Shown piece by piece: positions 1 through 12,990 of a stretch of 64,000 nucleotides of DNA (positions are counted from its first letter, which is position 1; every line of letters starts with the position of its first letter). The stretch comes from Psammoneis japonica (lineage: Eukaryota): contig QPGO01000053.1 in NCBI GenBank assembly GCA_008632985.1, positions 186,001 to 250,000 on the forward strand, written 5' to 3'. The notes beneath the pieces were generated by a model. It was given only the letters and a program-made list of their open reading frames with translations. It did no database searches and was not told the DNA's origin. Position numbers and translations under genes: made by a program.

Positions 1-1
1 C

Positions 2-415
2 CAACTCCAAAACTACTACTCATCGAACGACGCCGTAGTAATTGAGTGGGCAGAAATGGAGGACATGTCATTCATGGAACAAGCCTCGTTTTGGCACCGC
101 CAAGATGTGGTGGTGGCGGCCCATGGTGCCGCCATGACGAACGCATTGTTCATGAAACGTGGAGCCGCCGCCGTGGAAGTCTTTCCCATTCATTACTACG
201 TCATGATGTATCAAAGTCTTTGTGAAACCATGGACATTCACCATTTTCCTTATATCGACGAGGGAATTTCGTACCCGGAATATGACTACATCAAGCATGC
301 GGGAATACGTAAAGTTCGTTATCAATTGAGATCGAATCCACTGACTCCACAGCTGGACCGCATTGTAAATCTGATCCATCAAGCCGTCAATGCAAGCATG
401 AAGAACAAGGAATAG
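2..415 (+). CDS. Glycosyltransferase family 61-like protein, C-terminal part (5' end lies outside the window)
   Basis: Frame is open from base 2. Motif SFMEQ...VVVAAHGAAMTNALFM...VEVFP matches the GT61/EOGT-like C-terminal signature. Confidence 0.7.
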   Translation, partial: QLQNYYSSNDAVVIEWAEMEDMSFMEQASFWHRQDVVVAAHGAAMTNALFMKRGAAAVEVFPIHYYVMMYQSLCETMDIHHFPYIDEGISYPEYDYIKHAGIRKVRYQLRSNPLTPQLDRIVNLIHQAVNASMKNKE

Positions 416-449
416 AGATACTACACATGCTGTTTTGTTTTTGCAGCAT

Positions 450-783
450 TTACCAAGGTTCGAGGTGCCTTGAACAGGTAGACTGTATCACAAAAAATGA
501 AGCAGCAGAAGAGGCGCACGCCGCAACCAGCGCCATGGCAGAGGTAACGAGCATGGTGTTGAGTGTCCCGGTATCGCGTTGCAAAATGAGAATGGCAGCC
601 GGCAGATGTGAGATAGGCCGCAATGACGTCTGGTAACCTTAGCAAAGATCGCAAATTGAAATTCGAAATTTGAATTCGGCGCAACAAAATAACTCCAACG
701 AACGAAGCAGACAAACTTACCAAACAAACAGTGACGGCGGTGATTGCGGTGGTTGTTGATTGTTCATACCATGGTTCAAACAT
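450..783 (-). CDS. Possible small two-exon hydrophobic hypothetical protein
   Basis: ATG at 783, GTAAGT donor at 720, candidate acceptor near 631, then TSLRPISHLPAAILIL...LVTSAMALVAACASSAASFFVI to TAA at 452-450. No recognised homology. Confidence 0.25.
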
Positions 784-899
784 TGTTTCGGATATCATCC
801 GTACAACGACATCGTCTTCCTGAAGTTGCTTTTTGATAAGATAGTTGTTCTGCTTCAATCAGTACATTACTGCTTGCTGTTTGTTTCTTCTGAGAATCA

Positions 900-2704
900 A
901 TGGCGTTTTTCTGGATCCTCCATCTCGTCCTGTTAGAGGTCGCGCTTGCGTGCACCGACGTCCTTGTAACAAAGGGCGCATCCGAGGATGGATCGGCCAT
1001 GATTGCGTACAACGCTGACTCTGGTTCTCTCATGGGTCTTCTCTATCATTATCCAGCCTCTGAGGGCTTGGGTGGTCAACCAAGAAAGATATACGAGTGG
1101 GATACAGGCGTAAGTCTCGGTTGAGGTATCTTTGTTTCGAGTCAAAGTAGTGTGAGCATCACCCTCAAATTGTTTTCCTGCGTCTTATCTTTTTTCAGAA
1201 ATATCTAGGAACGATCAGCGAGGCAAACAAAACATACAATGTAGTTGGGAACACAAATGAGTACGGACTGTGTATTGGAGAAAGTACGTTTGGTGGTGTT
1301 CCTGAATTGGCGCAACAAACCGGAGCGGTGTTGGATTATGGGAGCGTCATTTACATTACGCTTCAACGCAGTAAAACGGCAAGAGAAGCGATTGAAACCA
1401 TGGTGAAGCTCATGGACACTTATGGATATGCATCGGAAGGAGAATCCTTCTCGATTGCCGATCGTTCTGGTGAAGTATGGATCATGGAAGTGATTGGGAC
1501 GGGAGACAAGTATCCGAGGAAGGGAGCTGTTTGGGTGGCTCGAAAGATTCCTGACGGATATGTGACTGCTCACGCCAATCAGGCTAGAATTACCACTTTT
1601 CCACGCAATGACCCAGAAAACTGCATGTACGCGGAGGACGTTGTTGAAGTTGCGATCAGCTACGGGCTCTATCCACAAGATGCGTCTCCCGATGAATTCT
1701 CCTTTTCAGACGTCTATTGTCCCGTGTCTTTTATGACTGCACGGTTATCTGAAGCTAGGGTCTGGTCCATCTTCAGCCATCTGGCTGACAACGACTCGTC
1801 ATTTGAGCGAGAATACGCAGATTATGCGGCAGGTCGTAATCTCACGAAACGAATGCCACTGTGGATCCAGCCGTACCAAAAGGTTTCGTTGAAAGACCTC
1901 ATGACCGTCATGGCCAGTCACTATGAAGGCACCGAGTTAGCATCGTCCTCTGATGTCGGTGCTGGTCTTTACAGTCTTCCATACCGACCTCGTCCACTCG
2001 GTTGGGAGTACAAGGGAAAGCAATATCACAACGAAAGAAGCGTTGGAACACAGCAAACGGGATGGAACTTTATTGCCCAAATGAGATCGTGGATGCCACG
2101 AGAGCTATCTGCACTAACATGGTTTGCAGTCGACGACAGCTCCACTTCACCACGTGTGCCTGTGTATGGATCGTGCACTAAGTTAAGCCCAGCATACTAC
2201 GGGAAAGGAGCCCAGGATGGCGTGACGACGCCACTCCTTACCTTTGACCTTTCGAAAGCCTTTTGGGTTCAAAACATGGTTTCCAATTTTGCCTACACTC
2301 GGTGGGATGATATGTACCCCATTGTGCGCCAAAAGATCGACAACCTTCAAGACAAGCTTCAGAAGGAAGTTCACGCAATTGACCGGGTCGCAAAAGAGAT
2401 GTACGAGAGTGACGGACCAACGGCAGCAATTGAAACCATCAACAAGTTTGTCGTTGAAACTGGAGATCGGATCCACTCTGAGTGGCTATCTTTCTACGGT
2501 GAACTTTTTGCTCGTTTTAGAGATTTCTTCGAGATTGTACCGGATACTGCCAAGCGAAATTGTGGGTGCGAGGTTCGTGAGAATGGGATATCTGGTGAAT
2601 GGAAAAAGAGGATTGTCGATGACACGGGAAGCCACTACCAAGTTATCGAAGGCCCTGTGGATACTCCAAACTCAAAGGATACGGCTCAATCATTCCTTCG
2701 GTAA
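900..2704 (+). CDS. Secreted peptidase family C69 (dipeptidase/secernin-like Ntn hydrolase); exons 900-1109, 1199-2704
   Basis: Signal peptide followed by the N-terminal nucleophile Cys (ALA|CTDVLVTKGASEDGS). GTAAGT...TTTCAG intron 1110-1198 joins in frame to KYLGTI...NEYGLCIGESTFGG. Motifs LQRSKTAREAI, GESFSIAD, HANQARI. Confidence 0.88.
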
Positions 2705-3341
2705 AGGCTGGCCTCTAAATTCACATTGCACTAGCTTAATGTTATATTGCTAGGGCTGGTGTACAACATGGAGAGCGCTTTCAGTCACGAGAGGAACAAC
2801 GAGGAAGCGCTTTCTGCTGAATCGGACAACTCACAAATCCCATAGTCATCAAGTAGCGTCATGAAGAGTGACCGGTCATCGGGCGTAATTCGTACTCGTA
2901 AGCATGTCACAAACGAAGAACGGGATGGGATCGAGATGTGCGTGGCCGGCTATATCTTCCCCTCTCTCTCTTTTCCCCTGCCCCGCTTTTAAAGCGTCAT
3001 CGTCGCTTTTGTGGTTCGAGACTATCTGTGCCCAAGAAATGAGAAAGCCATGGTATCTGAAGCCAGAAGCTTCTTCACGACATTATTGCTTGTCATCCGC
3101 ATGGCGAAAGCGGAAGAATTTTTCAACCAAGTTGCCAGGTTGGGCGTGAGATTGTTTTCATTGGAAGACTACGGAGTACACTGAAGAGTGTGGTCAATCA
3201 ATTCTTGCAGACTCAGAATGCACACAAGCCATTCCGGGGAGTTTGTGAGCACACGAATATAATTGGGTAAGCAAAAGGTGTAATTACGCTTCCTTCTCAG
3301 TTTCGTAGAGAACCCGCTAAAACCGTTCCATTCTCTTGCTC

Positions 3342-3365
3342 TATGTATGTATGTATGTATGTATG
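3342..3365. repeat. (TATG)6 microsatellite
   Basis: Read directly from the sequence. Confidence 0.9.
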
Positions 3366-4349
3366 TAATCAATGACATGAATCAGGAATGTAGACGCTGT
3401 CGTGAGAATCCATGCCCTTATTAACCTTACGCACGTGCATACAAAAACCACAACTGGAATGTTTACCATACGCTCTCAAAGATCCAACGGATGACAGCTT
3501 TTACAACCGTCCACCAGGCAGAGCATGTGATGGCTTTTTGGCGAATAACCTAGGCGTCTTCAATTCCCCCAAAGAGTGCGGTCTCGCGTTTTTGACTGAC
3601 GCGATATACACGAGTCCCTCCAGCGAGTTCATGTGGTCACTCAAAGAGCGACGGGTGAGCATGGCCTGTGGTTGCCCCTTTAGCTACGAGAGGGAAAGCT
3701 CATGTTTTTGTTCCGTAACCCTCCGTCTGCATCGACACATGTTGTTTCATTCCATGTAGGTGCTGTCTGGAGAAACCGACCCCCCTACTTATCAGATGAT
3801 GGAGTCTACAACAAACGAACATTCGGAACATTTACGCATAAAACAGTCTGCAGCGTCAAAGCCGACTCTTTTAGACAACACTTTGCATCCAACACCAGAG
3901 CCTACTAGCCGACAATGCTACCAAAGCCAGATGGATCAAAACTCTCTAAGACAGTGGAGAAAGTATGTTTGCGCCACATTTACGAATTTCAAACAAGATA
4001 GTGCCAAAAGTTGGAAAGGCATAGAGCGATTTTTGATTCACGAGTTGTGGGAATCTTATTCAGCGCTCCCCTCGTCTTTAAATCTCTAGAATTGAGCTAT
4101 GGAATGATTGATAGACGCTCCTTATACGGTGGCCCAGTCTGTCGCTTTGCCAAGAGTATTTTGGATTAATGGCATTTGAAGGGTGAGGGTTGCTTTTCCG
4201 CTGAAGTATTTCGTTGAAAGAATCCGCAAGAGGATTCTCTCGTGTTTGCACGGATATTCAAAAATGAACTACTTTACAAAACCTTCCGTGCACGCTGTGG
4301 GAAGAGCACAGAGATTGACATTACTTCTAATTCCGTTGAGTCGAAACAC

Positions 4350-5369
4350 TCAAGTAAATACAGGAAGAAGAACATTGTCAACCAGCTGACGGAACCAATG
4401 CGAGTCTGATGCTCCAATACGGTATGCAAAGCGATGAAGGAGCACTCCTGCGTGTGTCCCATGGTGACCAGCATCAAAAAGAGTACCCGACCTTTTGGCG
4501 TAGCTCGATGCGACAACCCCATCTACAACAAGGCGGCCGTTGGTCGTGTATGCACTGAATATCCCATGGTCCTGCAACTCTTCGATTGCATCAACTTTGC
4601 ACTGGTGAACCTCACCCTTCACAAAGTCTGTGACCCACAGAAGGTTTTCTTTTTCAATTTGACCTGCGGGAATGGCAACGGAGTCAGCAAAGGCAGTGTC
4701 GTGGGAGCTGCTAGTAAACAGGAAGTGGCTGTGGGTGGCTTTGATTGAGTACTTTGGTGAATGGTTTTCTGCTGAACAGGTGACATTGAGGAACGTGGCC
4801 AAGTGGTTGTTTGGAGTGTGAGGGAGATAAATCACGTCCGCTTCCGTCACCGTACCCCGCTCATCGACCGAAGCTACCTTGTCACCCACCTTCAGGTGCT
4901 CCACATGTTTGGCACTTCCATCAGAAAGCTGAACTCGCAAAGACGCATGAAAGCACTCTCCTTCTCTGCCAGCAGAATTACTTCCGCTACTTCCACTGCT
5001 GGTTGCGCTTCCACCGCCGACGCCCGAGGGGATTTTTGGCGCACAGCTGATTCCATCTGGGTGACATTTGAAGCTCGGACATTTCACAGGATCACAGGCT
5101 GCAATGCATTTACGACCAATGCAAACCTCTCCAGTCCCGCAACGACACGTCGTCGCAAGCGTTGGGGTCGACGCAAGTGCTGCCACTGCAAACTTCGTCT
5201 CCGGACCCACAGGCTGAGCCTGTGCCAGACGGCATGTGCCTCGAAGACCTTCTTGAAAGGCATCAGCAGCGATCTCATCAATGGAGGAGAGGGTCACCAG
5301 AAGGATGATGTGAACATTTGTGAAAGTGACCATGCTCGAAATCCGAGTTGACGAAAATGTGAGGGACAT
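4350..5369 (-). CDS. Secreted Cys-rich protein with C-terminal Hedgehog-type Hint (Hog) autoprocessing domain; likely start at 5333
   Basis: Hydrophobic N-terminus, Cys-rich segment and Gly/Ser linker. Then EGE|CFHASLRVQLSDGSAKHVEHLKVGDKV (block A), ATHSHFLF (block B), GIFSAYTTNGRLVVDGVVASSYA (Hint C-terminus) and an SRR-like tail. Confidence 0.85.
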   Translation of the reverse strand: MSLTFSSTRISSMVTFTNVHIILLVTLSSIDEIAADAFQEGLRGTCRLAQAQPVGPETKFAVAALASTPTLATTCRCGTGEVCIGRKCIAACDPVKCPSFKCHPDGISCAPKIPSGVGGGSATSSGSSGSNSAGREGECFHASLRVQLSDGSAKHVEHLKVGDKVASVDERGTVTEADVIYLPHTPNNHLATFLNVTCSAENHSPKYSIKATHSHFLFTSSSHDTAFADSVAIPAGQIEKENLLWVTDFVKGEVHQCKVDAIEELQDHGIFSAYTTNGRLVVDGVVASSYAKRSGTLFDAGHHGTHAGVLLHRFAYRIGASDSHWFRQLVDNVLLPVFT

Positions 5370-6913
5370 GCTTGCCTTTGGATTTCATGTCTGTGCATCT
5401 GCTGGTCGTGGACAGTGGATACGAGCACGCAGATTCTACGCGAAACACAGTGCAAGTTCATCGGCAGTCAGGGGCCCTAGAGAGTGGAGAGCAGAGCTCA
5501 CGTGTGAATGCTTGATGGGTGATTCTCGGATGTGAGAACCTGAGATCAAAGATCATTCGATGCATGCACTCGGGATTGGCACATTTAATCATGGTGCACG
5601 TGCGTGGGTCGAACTTGTTGCTGAGGTCACGAAGACAAAATCGTTTTGTCACTGACCAGCCACCTGCAAGGTCCAGCTTGACAAGACTTGACACCTCACA
5701 GCAAAACAGTGACAACACCTGGAAAGGCTCGGCTGACATCCCCAGTGCTTCAACTGACTGCACATGCTGCACTGTGTCAAAGGCAGGGGGCACTTGTGCT
5801 GGGTGACTGTTCTGCTCAATCTTTCCCACCTCTGTGGCAGACGGGTTCCAGTCCTGGGTGGGACTCCGCGCGACATTGGGCCCGCAGAATTCTGCGTGCG
5901 AGCTCCGCAGCAAATTTGTCCTGCAATGAAAACGTGCATGATCGCCAACAGAAAAAGATGCCATTTTGCGAACGTGTCTCCTCGTCCTTCATGCTTGGAG
6001 CACATCATTGACAGTTTGCCCGGGTGTGTTCTGCAGATGTTGAAGAACACACCCAGTGCATTTTTGTTCTCATGAGTGTTGAAAATGGAAAGCCTTTGGC
6101 TTCGCAAAACAGGGAGCATGAAACAATTTTGTAGAATGCAGCACGCAGAAATGTGCGCGCGCAACATGTGACGCGATCCAAAAAACTGTTGATGTCACAG
6201 TGCAGCAGTGCAAGGTCCCACCCAGAGAGCTGGAACGCGTTGGCACAAAGATTCACATGCCATGAAAAACCAGGTTGCCAAGTTCAAATTCAAACTCGGG
6301 AAAAGGGAAGCCCAGACATTGTGGGAAGAAAGCTCCAGCCTCAGCATGGTGCCACCCAGCGGGTGTCAACCCATTTTGCCACATGCGGTGCATGCAGTGT
6401 TGGAGCAATGGCCCTGCTGGCATGGACTTGCGCCATCCTGGAAAGGTCCAGCTGCATGAGCTTCAATCTCAAATGGATTTGTGGCCTTGGCTTGAGCCTC
6501 TTGCCCAGCTTGACAAGCAAGCGGACATTGTTTCACATTTTGTCATCAAAAAATTTCATTGATGGGGAGAACTTGGGGCCATTGGCTTGAATGGCAGCCA
6601 GATCTGCTGTCACTGGGAGGTCAAAAGTTGCGCCTCATTCGAGCTTGCTTGGAGTGCCACCAGCGCACCTGACAACATTCCAACAAATCTTGAGCAAGAG
6701 CAGTGCAGCGCAGTGCAGTGCACAAAAAGAAGCAGCTGGCACAGCATCATCAACAGCTTCATTTTCCCACTGAACATTCTGAGGAAGACTGGCAACAACT
6801 GCAGCACACAAGATGTCAGCAGCTGCGTGGCACACACTTGTTGTTCAGAAATCATGCTGCTGGCCACAAGCTGCTCAAGCTTGGCTGTGCAGCATGTGCT
6901 TGAAAGTCTCAGT

Positions 6914-7220
6914 CAATGTTGAGGCTGCAAGTCAATGTTGCCAAAAAGAGCCCTGCTGAGCTTCCTGTGATGCTCAACACACTTGCCTTTGCAATCTGCA
7001 AGAATGGCTGTGAGTTGCCAAAGGTGTCAATGTGAGCTGCAAACTTGTGCAAAAACAGGCACCTTCTGATGCCAAACAACAAATCATGTGAGCAAAGTGA
7101 TCAGCTCTAAAGAGTGAGATGAAAAGCAAAAGCAAGGGGTCAATGACATCAGGATGTGCAAAGCATCTTTCCTTCAACATGTCTGGGTCCCTTTTCTGGC
7201 ACCCTGAATTTGGATGTCTC
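6914..7220. repeat. Degenerate LTR-like repeat, copy 1 (homologous to 14392-14730)
   Basis: Shared blocks aatgttgag..gcaagtcaatgt, cacacttgcctt, gttgccaaaggtgtcaatgt, aaagagtgagatgaaaa.caaaagcaagggg, tctttccttcaaca. Confidence 0.7.
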
Positions 7221-8829
7221 AACACACTCCTGCTGCTTGCACCAATGTTTTGGGGCTTGCAAAGCTTGGGTCAACAGTGCTGATGGATGGATCCTTCTGG
7301 AACAGCAACCAGCTGTTTCTGTTGCTTCAGCACTGAAATCTTCCAAGTCAGCAGAATGGCACAGATTGTTGTGCTGTTCCCCACTGGAGAAGCCAACCAC
7401 GTCATTGAAGAAAGAGTCTGCAGCTCTCCTCATGCCATCTGAAAAAATGCCCAATGCTGGCACAATGAGCCCCCTCTCTTTCAGGATTTTGTTGCACAAA
7501 CAGCCATCAAGCAGGTCCATGATCCAAATGTTGATCATCTTGGGAGTCAAGTCAAAAAACTCCATCCAGTGACAAGTCAACCCCAACAATGGGCTCAGCT
7601 CTCAACTGACATTGTGGTGGAAGAACAGTGCCGGCAACTTCACATCACAGATGACACCATTTCCATGCCGTGCAAGTGCACAGCAACTCCTCTCATCTTC
7701 AGAACAACTGGCATTGAGCTTCACAAGCACAAACCCCAAATCTGTCCACACCACAGGTGGGGCAACTGACCTCAACTTTTTGATCAACTTTTTGATGCCA
7801 TGTTTGTCCAGAGGGCTGGCCGCAACTCCTCATCCCTGTCTTGCTTGTTCAACCCAGCAATGCACTTTTCCTCAATGAACTTGTCACTCATGTTGCATTT
7901 GTCAAAATCATGACAAAATGTTTTGCCTTGCCTTGTGGCTTGACTTCCAACAATCCACCAATGTTCCTTGGTCTTTTGTGCATTCGAGCCATGTGACTCA
8001 AATTCAACTGATGCACCCCAATCATTGTGCAAGGAAAACGTTGGTGCAGTGGCGGACATGTGCTCAAAAATTCCTGTGCTCCACACATCTGTGCTCTTGA
8101 GCATGTTTGCCACATCATGCTGCACCTTCTCATTCATGGGGCACTCCATTTCAGTTGAAGGGATGGGATGTCTTGCCACAAGCAAACATGCAGTCCTCCC
8201 TCTCTTCCTTTGCATCAACCATCAACTGATGCAAATCCAAAACATCACAGTGGATGCCAGGGTTGTCACTGAATTGGCTCATTCCATTTTCAAGCCATCA
8301 AACCACCTTGGGGCTTGTTGCCTTTTGGAGTTCCACATCCTGGATTCCTTCCACAATTGTGCCCTTGTCCATGTGCAGCTGTTCTCCTCTTTTGTTGCAA
8401 GTCATTCCTGTGAAGACAGTCTCTTGCACTCTAAACTTGTGCCAGCAGCTCCATGGCCGCTGCTTTGCAGTCATGTTGCACAGTGCATTGAACTCATCAT
8501 TGAACTCATCTGCACTGTTGATCTCCTTGTTCATGGTCCATGGCTGTTCTGGAAGAACAAAACACTGATGGCGCAAATTGTGGCTGGTCAAACCTTGAAG
8601 TTCAGGGTGCTTTTCTGGGTCGCAGGGATCTTTCACCAACATGCATCAGAACTCTCATCCAGTGACATCACAAACCAGAAACATTCCTGTCATGCTTGTG
8701 GTCAACAGCCCACAGTGGCTCTCTTGGCGAACTTTCAAAACTTCCTGCCCTGCAATGGCTTGGTCATCAACAGTCTCCAAGTGTGTCATTGGTTGGACAG
8801 CACTTTGCTTTTAAGCTGCCCTTCTTGTT

Positions 8830-11360
8830 CTGATTGGCAACACAGGAATGGCATGTGTTGAGTGCTCTGGATCATTTCCCAGTGCTCCTGCACCCATTTG
8901 TTGTCTTGGTGAAGGACATTTTTTTGTCAATCAGATGCCCCTGGTGCTCCATGAACAACTTCATCCACAGAATCATGGTCATTGCAGCATCAACTCCTGT
9001 GAGTTCAGCCTCTGTGCCAGTCCATGTGTTGAGCTTTTGGCACTTTGACATGGCCTGCACTGCTCCATTGCCCACAGTGTGGCTCTTAAAATCAGGGTGC
9101 ACCACAAATGGTTCATCCATGCACACCAGCCACATTGTCACTCAGAGGTCCTTTGCACTCAGTGCAATGACTTTGTTTCATGTCTGGTTTGAACACTTGA
9201 CACAATGAACTGGTTTTCCCAAAAGCCCTTGTTGGCAGGCTCTCTGACTTGTGTGCACAATGCTGCAACAGTGGGGTGCACATCCATGTGGCCTCTCTTG
9301 GATGCAAACAGCCCCTTGGCCACTCACACATGGAATGTCTTTGCTTTGCTGGTTCGCAAATCTTGTGCCACCGGCATCAAACAAGTTCTCTCCAGCTGGC
9401 ACCATGGCAGTGTTCACACTCTTGATCTCTTCTGAGAACTGTTGCTCAATCATCTTGTTGTGAGCACAGTTGGTCATGTTGGCCTTTGCCTTGCCCTTTT
9501 GTGGCTTCTCAAGTCAAGGACATTCCCAAACAATCATGCTTTTCTTTCCTCATGTCGTGATGACTTCACCATGGCTTCCATGCATCTTGTCATGCCAGCT
9601 CAGGAATTCATCCTTTTGGGTTTGCACAGCTCAGCAGCGGGTCATCCACATGGAAATGTGTGGTGCGCTGCTTGCCGCTGACTGTTCAATTGGCAATGCA
9701 TGGATTGTGAAGGGCTGAACTTGAGCCCCATTTTCTCCAAGCTGTTGCAAAATTGCTTTCACTGCAGCAGAGCTGCAACCAACATGCCACGCACAGCTCT
9801 GACAACTTGGACATTGTGGAGAACTCTCTTCCCTTTTTCCATGACCGCATGTGGTCCACACAGGCTGGGATCAATGCTCGCTGGCATGTTGTGTCAACCA
9901 ACACTCCTGTGATCTTCATCATGTGATCCAGTTTTCACCCTCCTCAGGTTCCTGGGCCAATGTCTGGATGAATGCACAGCTCCAGATGCACTCCTGGGTG
10001 CACATCTTGTTTCTTGTGTTCTCTTTTTCTTTCACAGCATGCTCACATGTGACTCGCTCTCTTGAAATTCTTTGATGTGCTCAAAGAATCTTTGGCTTGG
10101 CACAAAAGCACACAACATGATGTCATTGACTCCAGCCACAATGACTTGTTTGCCAGTCTTCTTCCACTGTTGCTCAGTTGTCACATGTTGTGCAGCACTT
10201 GCTCTTCACATCCTTTTGACTGAGGATGTCCCCCCAATCCAGGCATGGTGCAGTCTTCATCCAGGGTGTCCACTCCTGCATTTGTGGATGGATTGATCTT
10301 GATCTGGGTTGGCCACATGTTGTGCACCAATCTCCACCTTGCTGCCATGCTGAGAGCAGAGCTGTTGTCAAAGAGATGATCTCATCCATCTTGATGCCCA
10401 AATTGGCTTGGCTTGTGCTTGTCTCTGGTCTTTCATTCACCAGCTGCAATCCATGCCATGCAGCACTCCAGCTCCAGCTGGAGTGGGTTGATTGGTCAGA
10501 TCTGGTGGTGTTGGCACTCACATTGTTGCTGTCCACTGACAAGCGGCGTGGCTGTCATTCCCAACTTGTGTCTGTGCATGACTCTGTCCCCAAATGTCCA
10601 TTTTGCTTCCGGTGCTCTTGAACCAATTGTCACATGCAATGTCTCTTTGATGCTTGCAGTCTGGGAACTTGTGATTCAGCTCACCACAACAGCAGCACAC
10701 TGGTGTGGTGTCATTCTGGTTGCTCTTCTGGGCATGGCTCTGGTCCTTCATGTTGTCTGGCCAATTGTCGCTGTGGTCATTTTTGCCATTGTTGGTCTCA
10801 TTGTTTTTTTTTTCATTGCTCTTTCTCTTGTGTCAATTGCAAGGGTCAATGTCTTTCAGATGGTTCAGCAGCACATCCATTGCCTTCTCTGGGGTTTTCA
10901 AATGGGTGTTTTCACCTGGACTGTGGTCTCTCATGAAGCTCTTCTTCAAGCTCTTGCAGCAACAATCATTGCCACTCTCCATGAACAGACACGTTGTGGT
11001 CCACATTTCAAATGCTGACTTCTTTGGCTTGTCTTGAAGTGCAGAGCTCCCATCTTGGCACTCCATGGCATTGGGGACAAATCTGTCCAGTGTTCTGGCT
11101 GTCTCCCAGTCTTTCATTTTGGCATCTTGCTGATTCTTGAATCTTTTGACAGAGGCAATCATTCAGCAACAACTTGCTCTCTTGTTGCCTTGCATCTGGA
11201 ATGTTCTTTGGGGCCTTGGCAAGAGCATGGAATGGATGCCAACCTTTCGTTGAGTCAGGTGCAAGGGATTGGATCAATTTCAGCAACTTGAGGCCGATCA
11301 CATCAGACACTTGATGACGCGCACATGTGGGCCTGAATTTGGCCACAATTCTCAAAACAA
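8830..11360 (-). mobile_element. Degenerate Ty1/copia (CoDi-like) retrotransposon: gag, zinc knuckle, RT and RNase H remnants
   Basis: RNase H-like FVVHPDFKSHT...GAVQAMSKCQKLNT..TEAELTGVD (8872-9141). RT-like MKITGVLVD and FHVDD (about 9640-9920). CX2CX4HX4C knuckle CCCCGELNHKFPDC (about 10660-10705). Gag-like DVIGL..LIQSL, VKRFKNQQD. Confidence 0.8.
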
Positions 11361-12109
11361 AAAGCTCGTCTTGTTGATGTTTTTGTGGAAAAAATCATTG
11401 TGTTGGATGAGCGATGTGTCATCTTGTCATTTGTTGTCAAAAGTGTTTTTGTGCACAACTTTCCCATTCATCATTGTCAACACAGATGGTGAACACAAGC
11501 AGAGCACATGTGACCATGCATGTGAGCATCTTTTGATGTCACCATCTGTTGTTGTGTCATTCTCTCTTTTGTGGTTGCACTCATTTGTTGCTTGTCTTGT
11601 CTTCTTCTGATTTCTGAAGCCGCCATTGTGGCATCATTCTTGGCTGCCTTTGACAGCAGTTCTGAGGCAGCCATTTTCCAGCTGTGTTGTTTGTTCCTGT
11701 CATGGTGACAACACCACAGTGAAGGCAACAAAGGACAGTGCAACACCCACAGTGCATTGCTGTGACTGTGGCAAAGCTCCCTGCATCATGCCCGCAACTT
11801 GTGATCAGCTTGTTTTGCTTGGAGAGGTTCTTGGAGAGAAAATGGGTCTCAGCAACAAGCAGATCCATTTCTCTCTCTGCCACAAGTCCATTTCTCTTCT
11901 TCATGGATGCCTTGGTTGTCATCAATGTGTCAAGCTGCCTGGCTGCATTTGTCATGAAATCCACAATCTGTGCCCCCAAACTGCTCGCAAGAGCTGCACA
12001 CAAGTCACAAGCCAATGGGCAGGATGCCAAGTGGCCGCTTGTGATGCAGCTCATTTTTTTAATTTAGCAGTGTCCAAAAAACCAACTCTCAACCAATCAC
12101 CACCCACTC

Positions 12110-12990
12110 CATTGATGTCTTTCCACCCTCATCAAATGTCAGATCAGGGCCTGGGATGAAATGTGTGATGGGCCACTGTGTTGAACTTGTTGATTGCCTT
12201 TCCCAGTTGGCAACACCTGTCACCACCAAGTGGTGCTGCCTTTTCTTGGGATGGAGCGTGCCATGCATTTGTCATCTCATCATCGCAGCGAGACATGCAT
12301 TGGGGTGCCCAACCACAAGTGTTCATCATCTCCATCTTGGCACATTTTTTTCTCCCTTTGCCAGCTTTGATGCACAAATTTTCCTTCAAAAGAAATGTGC
12401 TTTGTGCCCTCCTCTGTCAACTGGAGCAAGCAATGTCTTCAGCAGGATGCCTGAGAACCAACACATTTCTGCTGCCAAGATGCACTGCCACTTGATGCCA
12501 TGGTGGATCTTGTTGGCACCAAGTGCAGGTTCAACCATCTTGTCATGGAAATCATTGGAATTGTCAGCCAAATGAATGACATGTTCGTGATTTAGCCCAC
12601 CACCACAATGCTGAAAAATTTGAGTGGTTCATTGAATTCCTTTGCCACACAAGGATGCAGACCCAATGGTCTGTCTCAAAGCTTTTGCACGGCTGTGAAT
12701 CACGGTCCATGGCGGCGCTGGCTGCTGCAGGCCAAACCTTTCATTTCAAAGAATTGATGCATTTGTCACAATTGTCATCTCCAACATCATCTTCAACATT
12801 GGACTCTGTGTCTGGTTCAGAAGAACAGTTGAGATGACATTCTTCCAGATCTCTGTTGTTTGCTCGCCATTCAAATGCATCATTGGTTTCATCAAGGTCT
12901 TTTCCATTGTTGTCTGAATCTGATTCAATGTCATCATTGTCATTGGAGCATGTGACACAACAAATTGCACCTGTGTTTGGGGTCAAGCCA
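12110..12990 (-). mobile_element. piggyBac-like transposase remnant
   Basis: AEMCWFSGILLK..LAPVDRGGHKAHF, then DRCCQLGKAINKFN, then FIPGPDLTFDEGG (12123-12160). This resembles the first catalytic-Asp region of DDE_Tnp_1_7 transposases, preceded by an acidic N-terminal tract. Confidence 0.65.

Noticed and set aside
2904..4389. Short ORFs between the peptidase and the Hint gene
   Set aside because: No motifs or consistent exon structure; treated as intergenic or unrecognisable.
7149..8650. hAT- or MULE-like transposase (LGLTCHW motif)
   Set aside because: One short motif in heavily decayed sequence; no other catalytic motifs recognisable.
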